DNA of 63,820 bases, filler included, from Sphacelaria rigidula (taxonomy: Eukaryota), in NCBI GenBank assembly GCA_964200075.2. It is 6 parts of 6 records of this genome, joined end to end, with 100 filler letters (N's around TTAATTAATTAA, not from the genome) between each part and the next. Parts side by side here need not be neighbours in the genome. Positions count along the whole stretch, not along the records: positions 31,964 to 42,516 come from CAXNAA020006286.1; positions 42,617 to 53,169 come from CAXNAA020006287.1; 4 more parts are not named here. One strand, 5' to 3'. The position numbers and the translations under genes are program-made. Shown in pieces: positions 36,955 through 50,700 of this stretch. The number at the start of each line of letters is the position of its first letter. Position 1 is the first letter of the stretch. Below the pieces are notes generated by a model that saw nothing but the letters and a program-made list of their open reading frames with translations, did not search any database and was not told the origin of the DNA.

Positions 36955-39900
36955 CTGAGAGCGGAGAAAAAGCTCAAGGCCAGGAAGTTCAGCAAACCAG
37001 TCGCGTCCGCGAGCCGAACAGTCCGAAACGTACGTCTCGCACACGTCTACCATACGTGAAACCCACTCATTGAACTGTAGGCTGCGGTCACACGAGAAGA
37101 TAGTACAGCAGACGGGCAGGGAGTATACGGAGGGTCAAGCAAGACGGCGATGAGTCGGGCCACCGTACAACACTACTTGATTACGGGGGCCCATATCGTA
37201 CACATCACCATACTACTCCCGCAGGTGCCGCTACGGCAACGGAGGAGGTATGCTCGGCTGGCCTCACGTGCACCATGTGACGGTGGGCTCCCTCCCGGCT
37301 ATCCTTCTCTGATGCAAAAGTCAACGAACCTTTCATGTAGCAATACAGTATTGCGATGGTAGAGGGGGTGTGAAATGTCGCGAAGCGGAGAGCCCCGCCG
37401 CGGGGAGGCGCGCACGCTGTCTCGGGCACACACGTCGTAAAACTGACAGTACCATTCAGTTTAAATGAAGTAATTATCTAAAGGATGGCGATATCTTCTT
37501 GCTATGGCTTCATTGGGGTCACGTACTGCCGTCTCTGGCTCTTACTTTATACCCTGGGTTGAGAAAATATATCATTAAATGTCCAAAACCCACTCCCTCT
37601 GTCCGTACACACGGCGAGATATAAGCTGGGACGGAACGTCGAGAGCGACAGGTGTCAATTCCGGGTACGTCTACTCACAGGGCGTTCCCAGCGTTGTTGT
37701 TGATGGGATCGGTAATAGCAGTGCCGACGGCAACAAGGCTGAAGTCCACCTCCGCAAGTGCTACCTCGGCTCCAGCGAGGACATCGGCGAAGAAGTCTAC
37801 CTTGGTTTGGACATCCTCTTTCACGCCCAGCCGAGTGAAATGGCCGGGCACAAGCACATCAAAGTTATAGGCTGTGGTGGATGATTGTGTTTGAAGTTGA
37901 AGGCCAGAGGAGCGGGGGGAGGGGAGGGTAAGATGTTGTTGTACGTACGATAGTTACTGTAATTCGGCACGATTTTTCAAATAGAATGGCATCCGTAACC
38001 CACACACCAAGCGCATCGAATGTTCACGGTGGGAGATGCATAATATGTGCTGGCTTTTCGCGAGCACCCCGAGCCTACATACGCCGGTGATTGGCCTATT
38101 GTATCGTAAGGTGGTACAATGAGCTGCTATCAGGGGCACAGAAGACTACAAAAGCACCGTTCATTGCTCTTGGCTCTATTTTTGCTGTGCGACCAAGATG
38201 ATACTACACATTGTGGCTGTCAACGAACCCATATGCCAAACGTACACTATTGGTGTACTCCAGTTCCAAAAGATGAACGTCGACAATGAATATCGACTAG
38301 CGTGCAAATGACGCAAGATCTACCCCATAAACGGCGAGCGTCGCCGCGGAACAGTTCCACAGGCTAACAGTCCGGAAACATCGGGGGGGTTTCTAGGGGG
38401 CGGGCTTGTGAGGGGGGGGGGGGGCATCTGTCCGCAGAGCAGCCGGAGTGAGCTCACGAAGTCAACCATGTGTGTTTGGAAGTTTCCAGAGGAAGATTCT
38501 AAGTTAGGAACGAGGCCCGAGGCGCGGAATGACCACTCTGACCAATCACGGTTGTCAAAATGGTCACTACGTTCACCTACAGGTGAGCTATAGGTGAACT
38601 ACTTTGCTGTCTACCCGTATTTCTCATTTTGGTCATGACAACTCAACCGTAGATTACATGGGCACAAATGGCGTGCTTTTTACTCGTCTTGTGGTTTATG
38701 ACGCCTGCCTGACCCCTTATGGGTTGCCAGTACAGGTTCACACTGTCTGTAGTGGTGTGAAGCACTAAGCAGAGACACGAGCAGCATGCAGTGGACTGAG
38801 TTCAGTGGAGAGCGATGCTACTCTTGCTGTTTCTTGTCGTTGTATCCAGCAAAGACATCCAGCACATAGACTGGCTTTGGACGCAATAGGTAGCAGGATC
38901 AAAAGAGGTCGGGGGTTCTCTAGGACTATTTTCTGTATAGATACCAAACATTCACGTGTTCATAAAAAAAGTCGTTTTGTGTAGCGAGAACAGAGCTGTT
39001 CCGAACCCCAAATGTGGCATTGTCCAACTCAGTCCATCTGCGGGTGACCGCTGTCTAAGGGTTAAGCAGTTGTATTAACTTCCCATCGGACTGACAGTAC
39101 TACTTCCCTTGGAAACTGCGACGAGAACCTTTGCACGACGTGAGAGAGGTTCTACTCACAGTTGATAGTGTCCAGAGCTTCGTAAAAGTCGCCAACATCC
39201 TGAGCGAAATTAGCCAAATACACAGGAGCCCTGTGCACCAGATATGAAGCATATGGACGACAGTAAAAAAGGAACACTAGATGGGGTGAGCACGATTCGA
39301 AGCACGTTAATGTCTTCCACGCAAGACAGCTCATTGATCAGCAGTATTTCTCGCTTACAGATAAAACCGCGTCGCACATGTTCGGCTCGGCGTTATATTG
39401 GCGAAATATGACATTCATAACTACTGTAGAACGGAACCAGCGCCCATCGTTTGCTAGTACTGTCACTGAGATAATACCGAGAAAACCATGCCCCAAAGTA
39501 TCTAATTTACTCGCTACAGCCGACTTTCTACTCGAAGGGTAGAACATGGCAGAAGGTGGACGCTTACCAACCGGGCAAGATCGTGTCGGTCACCATCACA
39601 ACTGTCGTGTCGATACCTTCGCAGAGCGTAAACAATGAACCGGAACATCGAACGAACAGCAGATGGCAAGCATGTTTCGGGAATGATAAGTTGTCTACAC
39701 TCGTGTATTCCATTTTCAAAAGTGAGCTCACGACAAATTGTACAGTACTAAACCTGAAAACTACGTACATACACCGAATTTTCGCCCTGTGATACCTTCC
39801 TAGGAAAGCATCTGGGGACTGCAACAAAACAACTGGAGCAAACCAACAGCCTTTACCATGCAAACTTGCTACAAAACATACATTCTTCGGAGGTTCATTT

Positions 39901-41788
39901 ACACACCTACCTGGCCGGCTCCGGCCTGAGCCTTCACAAAGATGGTGAAGAGGGTGTTTTGAGTACGCGAATAAGGGGAATATCATAGAGTATTATGTGG
40001 TTGAGAAGACGCTACATTATTCGCCACCTTGATTCATGGTACTTGAGAACGTGTTCGTCAATCTTTAGGAGACTGCAATTATACGCACACCTTGAGCGGC
40101 ATTTTCAGCAACGTTTTTGTCGAGATGCACCAGGAAGTCGCCTCTCTGGTGTGCGTGGACCTTGTTCAACGAGAGTCGCAAGCCTCCGACTTTGAGTACA
40201 TCTTCGCTCCAGACGTCCGGGACTGGAGTGCCACGGGTGTTACCGAACGCGGTGGTGGGATCTTTATCCTCGCGAGACTTGAGCATGTCGCGGATGCGGC
40301 GGGAAGCGATGGCGGTCGGTAGGTCGTCCTTGAAGTACTCCACGACGATACCGGCGGCGCCCATGTGATCCTGCCACACCCAAGAATGCATTCCCCACGT
40401 GACGAGAAAATCGAGGAAGGATGAAGGGGTATTTGGCCGCGATAGGTCAAGCAAACACGTTGCGATTCAAACGAACTTCCTCTCTCTGATATGGAGTGAT
40501 GCTACGATAAGGGCGTATTTATTAGTTGCCTACCTTAGTCGTTTGACCATTGACCACGCATCCCTTCCGAGACGGAGCACCGGTAGGGGGGGGGGGAGGG
40601 GGTTATTTGATTCCACGAAAAACAGGGGCTCACCGGTGTGTTGGGCCACCTAATTTCCCGAAGCTGTTCGTATTTGGGTAGAGTCGATGTCAAGGGGTAA
40701 GGATGAGGGTGTCTTATCGGTAACAAGCGCATTCGAACAAACGTTGATGCTTTCAACGATAATAAAAGGGGGAGATGTGTGGAAGCAATGGCCCAAAATA
40801 CCCCCCCCCCCCCCTCCCCCTCCTATCGTTGCATCACTCTGTATCAATGCATGCACCCGTTGCAGGGGTTACGTGTTCAGGTGGGGACCGGGTTTCCCCG
40901 GAAAGAAATAGCATGTCATTGTGCTGGTGTCATGAGTATTCTATGCCCTGCTATTAATAGAGGCTCTCGACAATGAACTTCTTCGACTTAGTATTTGATG
41001 ACATATGTATTATAGAGACATTCTCGAGTGGTGGCTTCACACAGAGAGTAATGCCACGGAAGGGACGAATTCTGTTTTTTTGAGCTTAGAATTGTTAGGA
41101 GCTCTTCATCTTACCCAAAACACATCTTATGAAATGAGTGAGAGTACGCCAGGATTGCTACTCCAATGTGCTGGGGATATTACTAATGAATTCGCAAACG
41201 GGGATGCCCTGATCCATATTCTTGTACATCTAGAATCGTTAGGAGACCGTGAACTAGACACGATTTTGCGCAAAAAGTGCACCCCTACCGTAGCATTGCT
41301 CCAAAATACTCAAAAAGAAGGTTCTAACGAAAACTTTCGTACAATATCCACCTCGTTTTCGAGAACAATTCGTAGTCCCCCGGCTCCAGGTATACGCACC
41401 CTCGTCGCCGTCTTGTAACACTACAACACGATGTATCATTGTACAATGAACAAGGAAACTGCCCAATCCCTTCAACCGTTATACGTGCGCACGTAGCACT
41501 GCCCATGCCATATTTGTAAAACTATCTTGAAAGCACAGCATCTTCCGTTCTCGTCGAGCCTTTCATACGCAGTCACAGAAGCGATGAAGAACACACTCGC
41601 ACGAAGACAGGGAAATCGCCGCCCTGACCACTCGACCAAGAGTGAATGCACACAGCTTTGGCTCACCCAATGCCCGTGCGTATACACGATGTACTTCAGC
41701 TCGGTCTTCTCGCCGAGCAGAGATTTCACGGATTCCGGCAGCCAGGAGCCAGAGGGGTACCTTTCGCCAAAGTTAGACACAAAGCCGC
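36955..41788 (-). CDS. Metallo-beta-lactamase-fold metallo-hydrolase, 5'-partial, last exon uncertain
   Basis: Exons 41788-41667, 40370-40091, 39616-39568, 39230-39160, 37871-37679 and 37081-36955, GT-AG and in phase (possibly also 36840-36808). Translation: KYIVYTHGHW|DHMGAA (HxHxDH), VHAHQRGDFLVH, VVMVTDTILPGW|APV, YNFDVLVPGHFTRLGVKEDV, FNEWVSRMVDVCE..RDWFAELPGLELFLRSQ. Confidence 0.9.
38286..39062 (-). repeat. Dispersed ~750-bp repeat, second copy, inside an MBL intron
   Basis: Reverse-complement similarity to 20197-20950. Confidence 0.75.
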
Positions 41789-42516
41789 CTGGGTCGAGAG
41801 GGCAATCCGCCGGGCGAAGGAGGGGGAAAGGATCGCGGGGAGCAAGGACGCTCGAGGGTCCAGAAAATTAGGGAGGAAAATAGGTGTAGAAACGTATACT
41901 TATGGTACTGGAGGGCGTGCACTTGAGGCACCCTGACTCCCAACGGCAATCGTGTGGTTGATCTGTTTCACACAAAACCCGACACTGTATAATTCGGCTG
42001 ACTATGATGATAGTTGTTCGCCAACATTCAAGCAAGTATCACCTGCACTAACACTGTCCGACTGATACAGCGCTTTTGGTCATCACCTAGATATGCACGT
42101 ACCATTGATTTACCGCGTTGACACCCCCATTCGTCCTATGTGATGTGTGCAGTGGGGGATGACGCTTCGTAGTAGTGCATGTGTATATGTGCCGCGGATA
42201 CGGACCGATCAAAGCTGTCCACATCATCTTCCCTCGATTGAACTACATCCAGCTAGACTGACCAAGAGCCGGGGGATTCACCAATATCACCACGACCTAC
42301 TTAATTCATCGCGTTGGGACCTAAAATTTGAACACGTGACTTACAAGGTATCCACTGACACATGACGACATCATCCCAATATATGTGCATGTATCATTTC
42401 ACTTTTTTCACCACTTTTGACACTTTCTACGATACCCCCCCCCCCCCCCCCAAACAACACAAAGGAGCCACAAAAAAAACGCCCCCCCCCCCCCCATGGT
42501 CAACCGCCACCAGCAC

Positions 42517-42616
42517 NNNNNNNNNNNNNNNNNNNNNNNNNNNNNNNNNNNNNNNNNNNNTTAATTAATTAANNNNNNNNNNNNNNNNNNNNNNNNNNNN
42601 NNNNNNNNNNNNNNNN
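42517..42616. other. Artificial contig spacer
   Basis: N44-TTAATTAATTAA-N44. Confidence 0.98.
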
Positions 42617-43644
42617 AGGGGGGTGGAACGTGTATCGTAGGTGAAGTGTGCGTTGCCAGACCTCAAATCGGCGCCCCAGGCGCCGATTTAGACAAAAATG
42701 CGTTCTGCGCACGCGAGGAGCACGCGAGGAGCATAGCCCCTCGAAAGATCCGGATTCCGGTGTTCACACTAAAATCCAATATTGTACCTGTCACAAACCG
42801 GAAGTTTCCGAGAACTATCTATCAACTACCGAGTGGTGAAGTCTGCTGCTGTATTGTACTTCATCCTCCAAATTTTTCGAACACTTCCAGGCACCGAAGC
42901 TCCGAACAATGAAATACGGATTTTAGGGCTCTGGCTGTCGATGCGCTTTGTTTGGGGTTACTGGTTGTACGATGATGACCCATCCAAGTGACTCTGTAGC
43001 CTGTGCTGAAACTAGGTGTTGTTCTACATGCGGTACACTGTCAACACTTGCATTTGACTCCCCCATACTAAACTCACCCGCTTTTTGCATGCGGTACTGT
43101 CATGCGAATTCGACACCCTAATTCCCTTCACTGAGCGCAAGTGTTTCCCAAAGCCCAACCCGAGGCCAAGGATGTTTACAACACTCCCACTGCAGGTGGA
43201 CAGGAATGACGATGTGGCTGAAATTCCGCACGTTGGAGGCGTTTGTTTGCCTTTTCGAGTGCCCGATTCTAGCATTGTACGCAGATGCACGCGGGAGGTA
43301 GGTAGGTATTATACGTGCGTTGGTGTTCGCTCTTGTGTGTGTTTGCGTGTAGGGTGAGTTGGCGCTCCGTTATACCTGTTTTGTGTCGTTCTGTCCCCCC
43401 CCCCCCCCACCTCGCTGGCTTTTGACGCACATATCTGCACGCAAAAATCGTTGCGGCCGCTGCCGTCCTTTAGTGTGGTAATTTCTGGGCTCCTCTCTTG
43501 TTGTTGCTCCTGAATCATGTGTATGACAGGCGGCGAGCCGTGGTGTCGATGGGTGGTGCGGACCGTGGGCTTTGTACCGCCTCGAGGTGAGAGTTCAGAC
43601 ATATGTTGGTGCGATGGTCGTTCGTACCAACATGATGGCCAATC

Positions 43645-44005
43645 GCCGGTCGCCCCGGTGGCTCAGTTGGTAACCTCGAAACCTCCTGACGGTTGAGTCC
43701 TGGTTTCGAATCTCGGGGTAGTCACATGATCTGGGATTTTTGCTCACATCATGCTCAACAGTGCAGAACGACTATGTCGTGGGTACACAAAAGCCGACTT
43801 CACGGCAGGCGAGGGAAAGCGACCGCCGAACCCTTCTCGCGATCAAAAATATAAGGAAAACACCGCAGGTAGGAGGCGGAGTACCCCAACCAAAAATAGA
43901 AGACGAAAATAGACTTCCTGTGTGTGACCTTCCTTCTGTGTGACCCCGGCTGATGCGCCCACGCAGAGGTGTAGACTGGTGTCCAGAATAGATGGGATGA
44001 CATCA

Positions 44006-44050
<45 letters not shown>
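43645..44050 (+). mobile_element. tRNA-derived SINE-like element, family A, apparently full length with (CT)n tail
   Basis: Head GCCCCGGTGGCTCAGTTGGT (A box) and GTTTCGAATC (B box), body ...GACCTTCCTTCTGTGTGACCCCGGCTGATGCGCCCAC...GTCCAGAATAGATGGGATGAC, then ~20 CT units. Other copies at 10656-10768, 56043-56110, 56468-56630 and 61237-61581. Confidence 0.85.
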
Positions 44051-44052
<2 letters not shown>

Positions 44053-46721
44053 ACAAACAGACACACATGGCTCCGTTGTTGTTGCGAAATGTGATGCGTA
44101 ATTCGCACTTTTACTGATGAAAACGCTATTCCTTCGGAAGATTGGCTAAGGTAGTGCGGGCGCTGTGTCGGTGCCCTCTTGTTGTAGAGTCTGGGGTCGT
44201 GGATGTCGGTCGGAGCACACACGGGTTCATAATCCTTGGGAGTCTCGTTGGGGACCAGACGGCTAGCACGCTGTTAGTAGTGGGAAACAGCCTCCCGCGG
44301 ATGTTCTCCCGGGAATCGGAAGCGCAGAAACGATGAGGATGTGTATTTACATTTCTCCCCCGCCCACGTCCCCCGAGGCTGTGAACAGTCCGAGATAATC
44401 CAAGAAATTGGGCTCTGGAGCAAAACGAGACAGCTCTTGCTGGTCCAAATGCGCATCCTCGTGACACTACGCTGGGTCGTGAGCAGTCGTTCGTATCGTA
44501 TATATTGACTCATGGAACCCGCGTAGCGAGCCCATGTGCTGTAACTACTCTGGCTGTACCCACGATCTTCATGTATATACTTCGTACGTGCTGAAATAGT
44601 CTCTCCCTGAAGCACGTCTAGTCAATCCTGAAGTCAACATTCTATCGTGCAATAGCGTCTTGCCCGTGCTTGAAAGCGAAGTGATCCCGTTTTGTGCCGG
44701 TCTACTTTTGGAGTGCAGAGTTTTCGTTGTACGGGAATCAAGCCACCGTGGCTCTCCTTGCTAGTAGTGAACAATTATGACGGTGCAGGCAGGCATGGCT
44801 TGAGTTTTCGTTAAATATGTTTTGCTTCTTGCTCGCGGCTGTTGGGTTCGCGTAGACCTAGCGCCTTGTTCCAAGTGACGTACAGTGTGATCTCATACGT
44901 CATTCGTCTGTTGGTGGTCGAAACTGAAGCTGTCGGGACCCGGTGTCCGCTCCCGACATCGACGGTGCTATGTGTACACATCTCCCGTGTACATGCCTCC
45001 TCCGCCGTCGCTTCAGATCATGGAATGAACGAGTTGGCTCGTGAGCCATCTACGAGTAATCGATGTCGTGTACCGTGCGGAGCACCTCCAATCTTCACAA
45101 TAGATGCTTCATTCTGATTTTATTCCGCTTCCTTCTCTCCGACGGTGCTGCTCGTCCGCAGTTCCGTCGCAGATGATGTGAGGGTCATTGTTGTGAGGGC
45201 CGAATTGTTGCTCCTCCCCCCCCCCCCCCCTGTTTTCAAGCTGAAGGAGGTGCCAGTATCCTTGAGATTATATGACTTCTCCAAGTAGCTGCAGGTGCAT
45301 GCGGTGAGCTATGGTTGACTGTTCTTCTCCGGTCTGCACCCCTTTTCTAGCCTCTGTCCGTAGGCTGATTCTGCCACTGCACGCGTGGCAGTGCGTTGAG
45401 ATTTGTTTGCACCTGATTTCGCCTGAAAGCCGCCCGCTGCACCCTTGTGCTAGGGCCTGTCCCTCGAGGCAAACTCCAAGCGGTCGCGTGAGCGCCCGCA
45501 GGTCTCCGTGTTAGGCGTGTAGAGCTGGCTTGCGATAAATGTGTTATGCTTTTTGGCTTATGCCATTGGCGAAGACACCCGACCTTGTGGCTTCGGTATT
45601 ATGTCCTCGTTCTTCATATAGCACACCAAGCGCGCTTCGACCAGCTGTGCACCGACCGTTGCTCCTTGATGTTGCCACCCGCACGTGTGGCGGGTAGCCA
45701 ATGTAAAACATCACGCGTGCGGGCTATTTTTGCTCTCTTGCCGACTTGATCGTCACTGGGTTCAGCGGCGCTAGCGTTCAGGGCAGCAATCCGACTCTGT
45801 CGACGGTCGCCGAACCCTGTGTGTCTGAGGCAGCGAAATGGTTGCTGCTACCACTCACTGTGTCGTCTGTGTACCGAACGACGGAGCGGTTGCCTGCAAC
45901 GGTCAGGAGGTCGGGGATCCGCGCTGGTGCGGGGACGGGGACGGTTCGCGTGTACATACGCATGCCGGTTTGTGCTCCGATCTCCTCCTTCGATGTTGAA
46001 CAGACCTGGGAGTCCTACTCCTTCGATCGAGTCATGATGACCCGAGAAGATTCCTGAGCGGCCGCCAACCGCTTGCGTAAGGTGGCCACATTGTTCGTGT
46101 GGGGCCCAATCTCGACGTTTTTCGATCCCGCCGAGCTGCTCGTTGATGTGACCCCTTGGCCAGGGTCTCTTCTCTGGCCGCTGCATTTTTTCTCCAGAAT
46201 GGGAGCTCGTGTACCGCTTGGCCGCGAGACTTGAGTCATGTCCCCGACGGCTGATATATTCGGCTGGGTTTGCTCATGCAGTGTGGGGCACAAACAGGCT
46301 GATAATCTAGAGAGAGCGAGGTTCTCGTTGGGGACCGGACAGCTGGCAAGCTTCTGGACTGCTGATCTTCAGAATAACTTCTCGTGGATGCTGTTCCTGG
46401 AAGTGGGACTACGGTTCTCTTCACACTATTAACGATGTTCCTACTGGTGTTTAGGCATCGCAATATACGTGCAGTGTATTTTCACGGCAATTCAGTATGA
46501 TGAATAGATTGAATGCTCTGTATACATTTGTGTTGAGATCGCATCGTGGTGAGGAGGCGGTCCGATCCGATTCGCAATTTGCTCATTGCTTCCTTAGGTC
46601 ATGTTGCTGCTCATGTTGTCTTGTTTTTGCTCACTTCATTCGGTGTTCGTCGAATACGTTGTTACGCCATTGCTTTTTGCACACGCGCCCACCTGCCCGC
46701 CCTTGGCTGCCTCCACCGCAG

Positions 46722-47743
46722 GCCGACCTGGGAAAGCGCAGCTGGCAGGCTTATCCCCAGGAGACGAGCTGACTCGGTTGGGGTGGATACAAATGCCTAC
46801 TTCCACCGGCGCCTCCACCTCCACACAAAGCGGCGCTGTTGACTGGGCAGCGACGGACGCGTGCGTCATTGGTCGCGAGCTGATGAGACGAACTTTATTT
46901 AGTTTGTCCGAGCGACCGAAGAACGGGGCGGGCGCCGGCGGCTACAGTGGCGGCGGCGGCGGGGGTGACTGTGGCAACCGCCGATCCACAGGGCGTGCGT
47001 CAGGGCTCGTATCCAGGGGGACAGCATCGACGATGGGAGGATGTTTTTTGCAAGGTGGTCACTGTGAAGAAGGAAGCGGTATCGATGGTGACCGCTTTGG
47101 CGACGACAACAAGGATCCAGGGGACGTTGTCAGCGCCAGCGCCGGCGGCGCCAGCGATCGTCTTCTGTCGGCGACGCCTTGGCAGCCGCTCAGCAGCGGT
47201 GCCACCATCAGCAATCTAACGAATGGTTCGTCCGCTGGGGCGCAAGCGAGACCCGCCGAAGACATCGAAGGGGCGGTAGGCGCGAGGAACCTTGCGACGC
47301 CGCCGCCTCCACCACCACCACCTAGAAGGTGGCGGCTGGAGTTTCGGCGACCTTGCTCGCCGCCGGGAGGTATGGCTGCAGCTGCAGCGGCGGACGAGGT
47401 GAGGGGCACGGGGGATGTGTTTGCGGGGACGGTTGGCGCGGTGGCGCCTGTTGGGTCAGAGGCGGGCCATCCTGTCTCTTTCGTCGTACTGTGATTCCCC
47501 GCCGTTGTTGTCTCCACCCTCATGAAAGCGCGTCGGTAGATGTCCATGCTTTCATACCTACAGGAAGGTTACCCGCCGTGGGTGTTTCGTTTTTTGATTG
47601 GGAGCTTCTGTTGTCCTTGCCTCTTGTTTTTCTTACATTTTGTTCCGATCACACCGTAGTATTCAATAACTCAGTGTGGTCCTGCTCCGGTTTCACTCAC
47701 ACCGTAATGTTCAACACCTTCATTTGGTCATGCCCCGGAGTAC

Positions 47744-47794
<51 letters not shown>

Positions 47795-50700
47795 TCCGCA
47801 CATTAGTCCGATCTCGCGNNNNNNNNNNCGTGGTCACAGACGTAGGCTCGCCTTTCCAATACCGTCCCTGCTATTCCTTACCAGACACATTACCAAAATA
47901 AAGCTTTAGTTGCATGATATTCCCATTCCCACCAACGAGTTGTGACGTGTATTCGGTGCCATTTGTTTCTTCAAATGCCATGTGTGCTTATTTAAACTGC
48001 TCAGCGTCGTTCCCATTGGTTTACCGCTTTTCGATATTGTGCCGCGGTTTTGCTTCCGCCAGGGTGCGCAGACAGCTGGAGGTGGCCCACGGCGTAGGTC
48101 AGGGAGACGAAGACCTCTTCCTGCGCCGCACACTAATGTCTCATCATTATCTTTCAGCGTTTTGAGAGAAGTGCGGTGGTCCGATGACGGAGGGCGCGTC
48201 TTTTCAGTGCGGGTGGAGGAGAACGTGAAGCAAGACGGTAATTGCGTAGCACCGATGTGCCGATATGTTGATGATTCGATAGCTTGCGCTCGACAACGAG
48301 AATCGCACAACGATAATCGCGCCTTTGAATCAATGTCTTGTGGAGGCAAAGTATAACTCATCGGCAGCACTCACTGTTCGTACCCGCCACATGCTGTCAC
48401 TGGGAGGACGAGATATTGCCATCCTGAAGCATCGCCTCCGCAACCGCCCCGCGTTCTTTTTGTCGTTTTTTTGCTTGGCTCTGTCCCCGCCTGTTCGTGG
48501 TCTTGCTTCTCGCATGACGTGCTGCCAATCCACTCGAACCACCAAAACAACGACAGCAACAGCTTCTTTTCGCCCCGTTCCGCCGGTCCCTAAGGCCATC
48601 TCACGGAACAGCTCGAGAGTAGAGCTCGTCGGCCTCACGGTGCGGAAGATGAAGACCTCGGGGACACAGCAATCTGGGGACGATGCGAACCAACGAACGA
48701 GCAGCGCTCGGGACGGGGCCGGGGCCGGGGATGGGGATGAACAGCCGGGGTCGGTAGGTCCCGACGGCGGTTCAGGGCGACTCGAAGCGGTCAACATCCG
48801 AACGGGCTCCTCGAACGGGGACGCTCATGGTGTCGGTGGTGGGGATCGTTCCGTGAGTCGTTCCGAGCACTGTTTCGCGAATCGTTTCCAGAATCTTTCG
48901 GAGGGTATACCTGATGGTCAGTTTGAGAACACTGCCGGAAATTATTCCAGAGGTTCCGCCGGCGGCGCTGGCGGTTGCGGCAATTTGACTTCCACAATCA
49001 GCAGCGTTCAAAGTGGTACGCCGTTGACCAGCGGCAGCGGCAGCGGCAGCGGCAGCGGTAGCGATAGCATAGCTAAAGCCGCCGCCGCTGTTGCTACTGA
49101 GAAAGATGATGACGGCCGTGCATTTCTCTTGTTGGGACTCTCGGAGGAAACACTGTCGATGGTTCGGCGACGGGCGGGGCTCCCCGCTCGTTGTTCCGAC
49201 ACTGCTGCCGTCGATGCCCAGCCGCCGGCAGCGACGGCGGCGGATGAAGTGCCGTTGTTCCCGCCGACAATAATGACACCGTCTCCTCAGCGTCCACAAC
49301 AACAGAGCACTGGCGATGGCGGTCGCGGCGACGGCAGAGGTTTAGGAGTCGCGCGCGCTGCTGATGGCGAAGGAAGGATCTGTGCAACAGAAAATGCTAA
49401 CGAGATGCGCAAACCCGAGGAGGGCGTGGCGGTGCGTGAAGAGAGCGATCACGTTCCTATTGGGGACGTTGTCGGCCCCGTCCACGCGATTGCGGCGACA
49501 ACAGCAGCAACAACGACGACAAGAAGCGCGTCAATGACTCTCCGCGATGACGAAGAGTTTGTGACGCTGGATTTCAGCTTGAAGTGCGACCTGACGAGCC
49601 GTGACTGTAGAGTGAAGGGCGAGAACAGAGATGGCTGCAAGCGAGCAGCCTTCCATTGTTACCCTGATGGTGGTCGCTGTTGCTACAGCTGCTGCGGTAG
49701 TGTCAGCAATCGTATATGTAGCGGTGATGGTGGTAGTGGTGGTACTTGTCGGCGTAGTTGTAGCGTTTTGGATGGTCTCGCCCCAGCGGCAATATCGTTG
49801 GTGAAGGACCGCATTTTCACAGCCGCAAGGTTGGAGTACGTCCGACTCTACGGCTTTTATGTAGAACCACAGCCGAAGCAACAGCAACAACAGGAAAATG
49901 AACGAAAGTGGCGACGAGAGGCAGAAATCGCTCATGACGAACAGCAGAATGACCAGAAACCACCCCAAGAAAAGCAGCAGCCGCAGCAAACCGAAGGACC
50001 TCCTTTCATTTCCGGCGGAGCATCATCGACAGTAGCAGCCCAAACAGCAGCTTTGCAATATCCCCGCCGCGTCGACGAGGGCGGCAGACCGGGATGTGGA
50101 GCTCTTTCAGCATCTCTGCAAGAGTTCATTCGAAGTTCGGCGTTCCTCACCTGGGTAGACGAGCTTCGGAGATGGAGTGTGATGCAGCCTGCCGTCACCG
50201 AGAGCATAGGCGGCGTCGGATGCGGTGGCGGGTGTGTGACGGAAACTGCCAAGGTGTTTGTTGGCGGCAGTGGGAACAAGGGTAATGCCCGCAAGAAAAA
50301 GCAGGCCAGGAATCCGTTCAGCTTCTTCGTCTCTTGGCGGCATGTGGTGAGCCGTTTTTTTCAAGTCCAGAATACTATGCATTCGCCATTATTGGGGAAA
50401 CAAAAAATATTCACGGTACTATGGTTAAGGCTTTCAGTGTGGTGGAGGATGAGGTATATTGTATTAACGTATCCACCACCTCTAGGGCGACCGCGTTCGT
50501 CGATATGGATCGAATCAGCGCTTCAGAGTTTTCGTTGCCACCACCTCTTTCCACCCTTTCCTGCATTTCATTCCATTCCCTTGTCCCCTGCCCCCAAATA
50601 TTCGTGGACGCAATAAAAGGAAATGGATGGGCACCCAACGGGGGAAATGTATCCCGGAATTTTTCCCACCTACTCCCGAGAGGTGGCCGACAGTGTTCAA

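Noticed and set aside
37579..37884. Plus-strand ORF that looks coding and faintly like an aspartic protease
   Set aside because: It is the antisense shadow of MBL exon 37871-37679.
40914..41421. Possible solo LTR (TGTCA...TAACA) containing a 137-aa ORF
   Set aside because: No matching target-site duplication and no second copy in the window.
43196..43297. Candidate upstream exon of the contig 5 gene
   Set aside because: Good splice sites, but its open frames do not join the phase-1 acceptor at 46722 and no bridging exon was found.
43652..43720. tRNA gene
   Set aside because: D and T stems pair poorly and the sequence is fused to a multi-copy body, so it was called a SINE head.
45746..46463. 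GC-rich stretch with moderately long ORFs on both strands
   Set aside because: In-frame stops in every frame and no identifiable motif.
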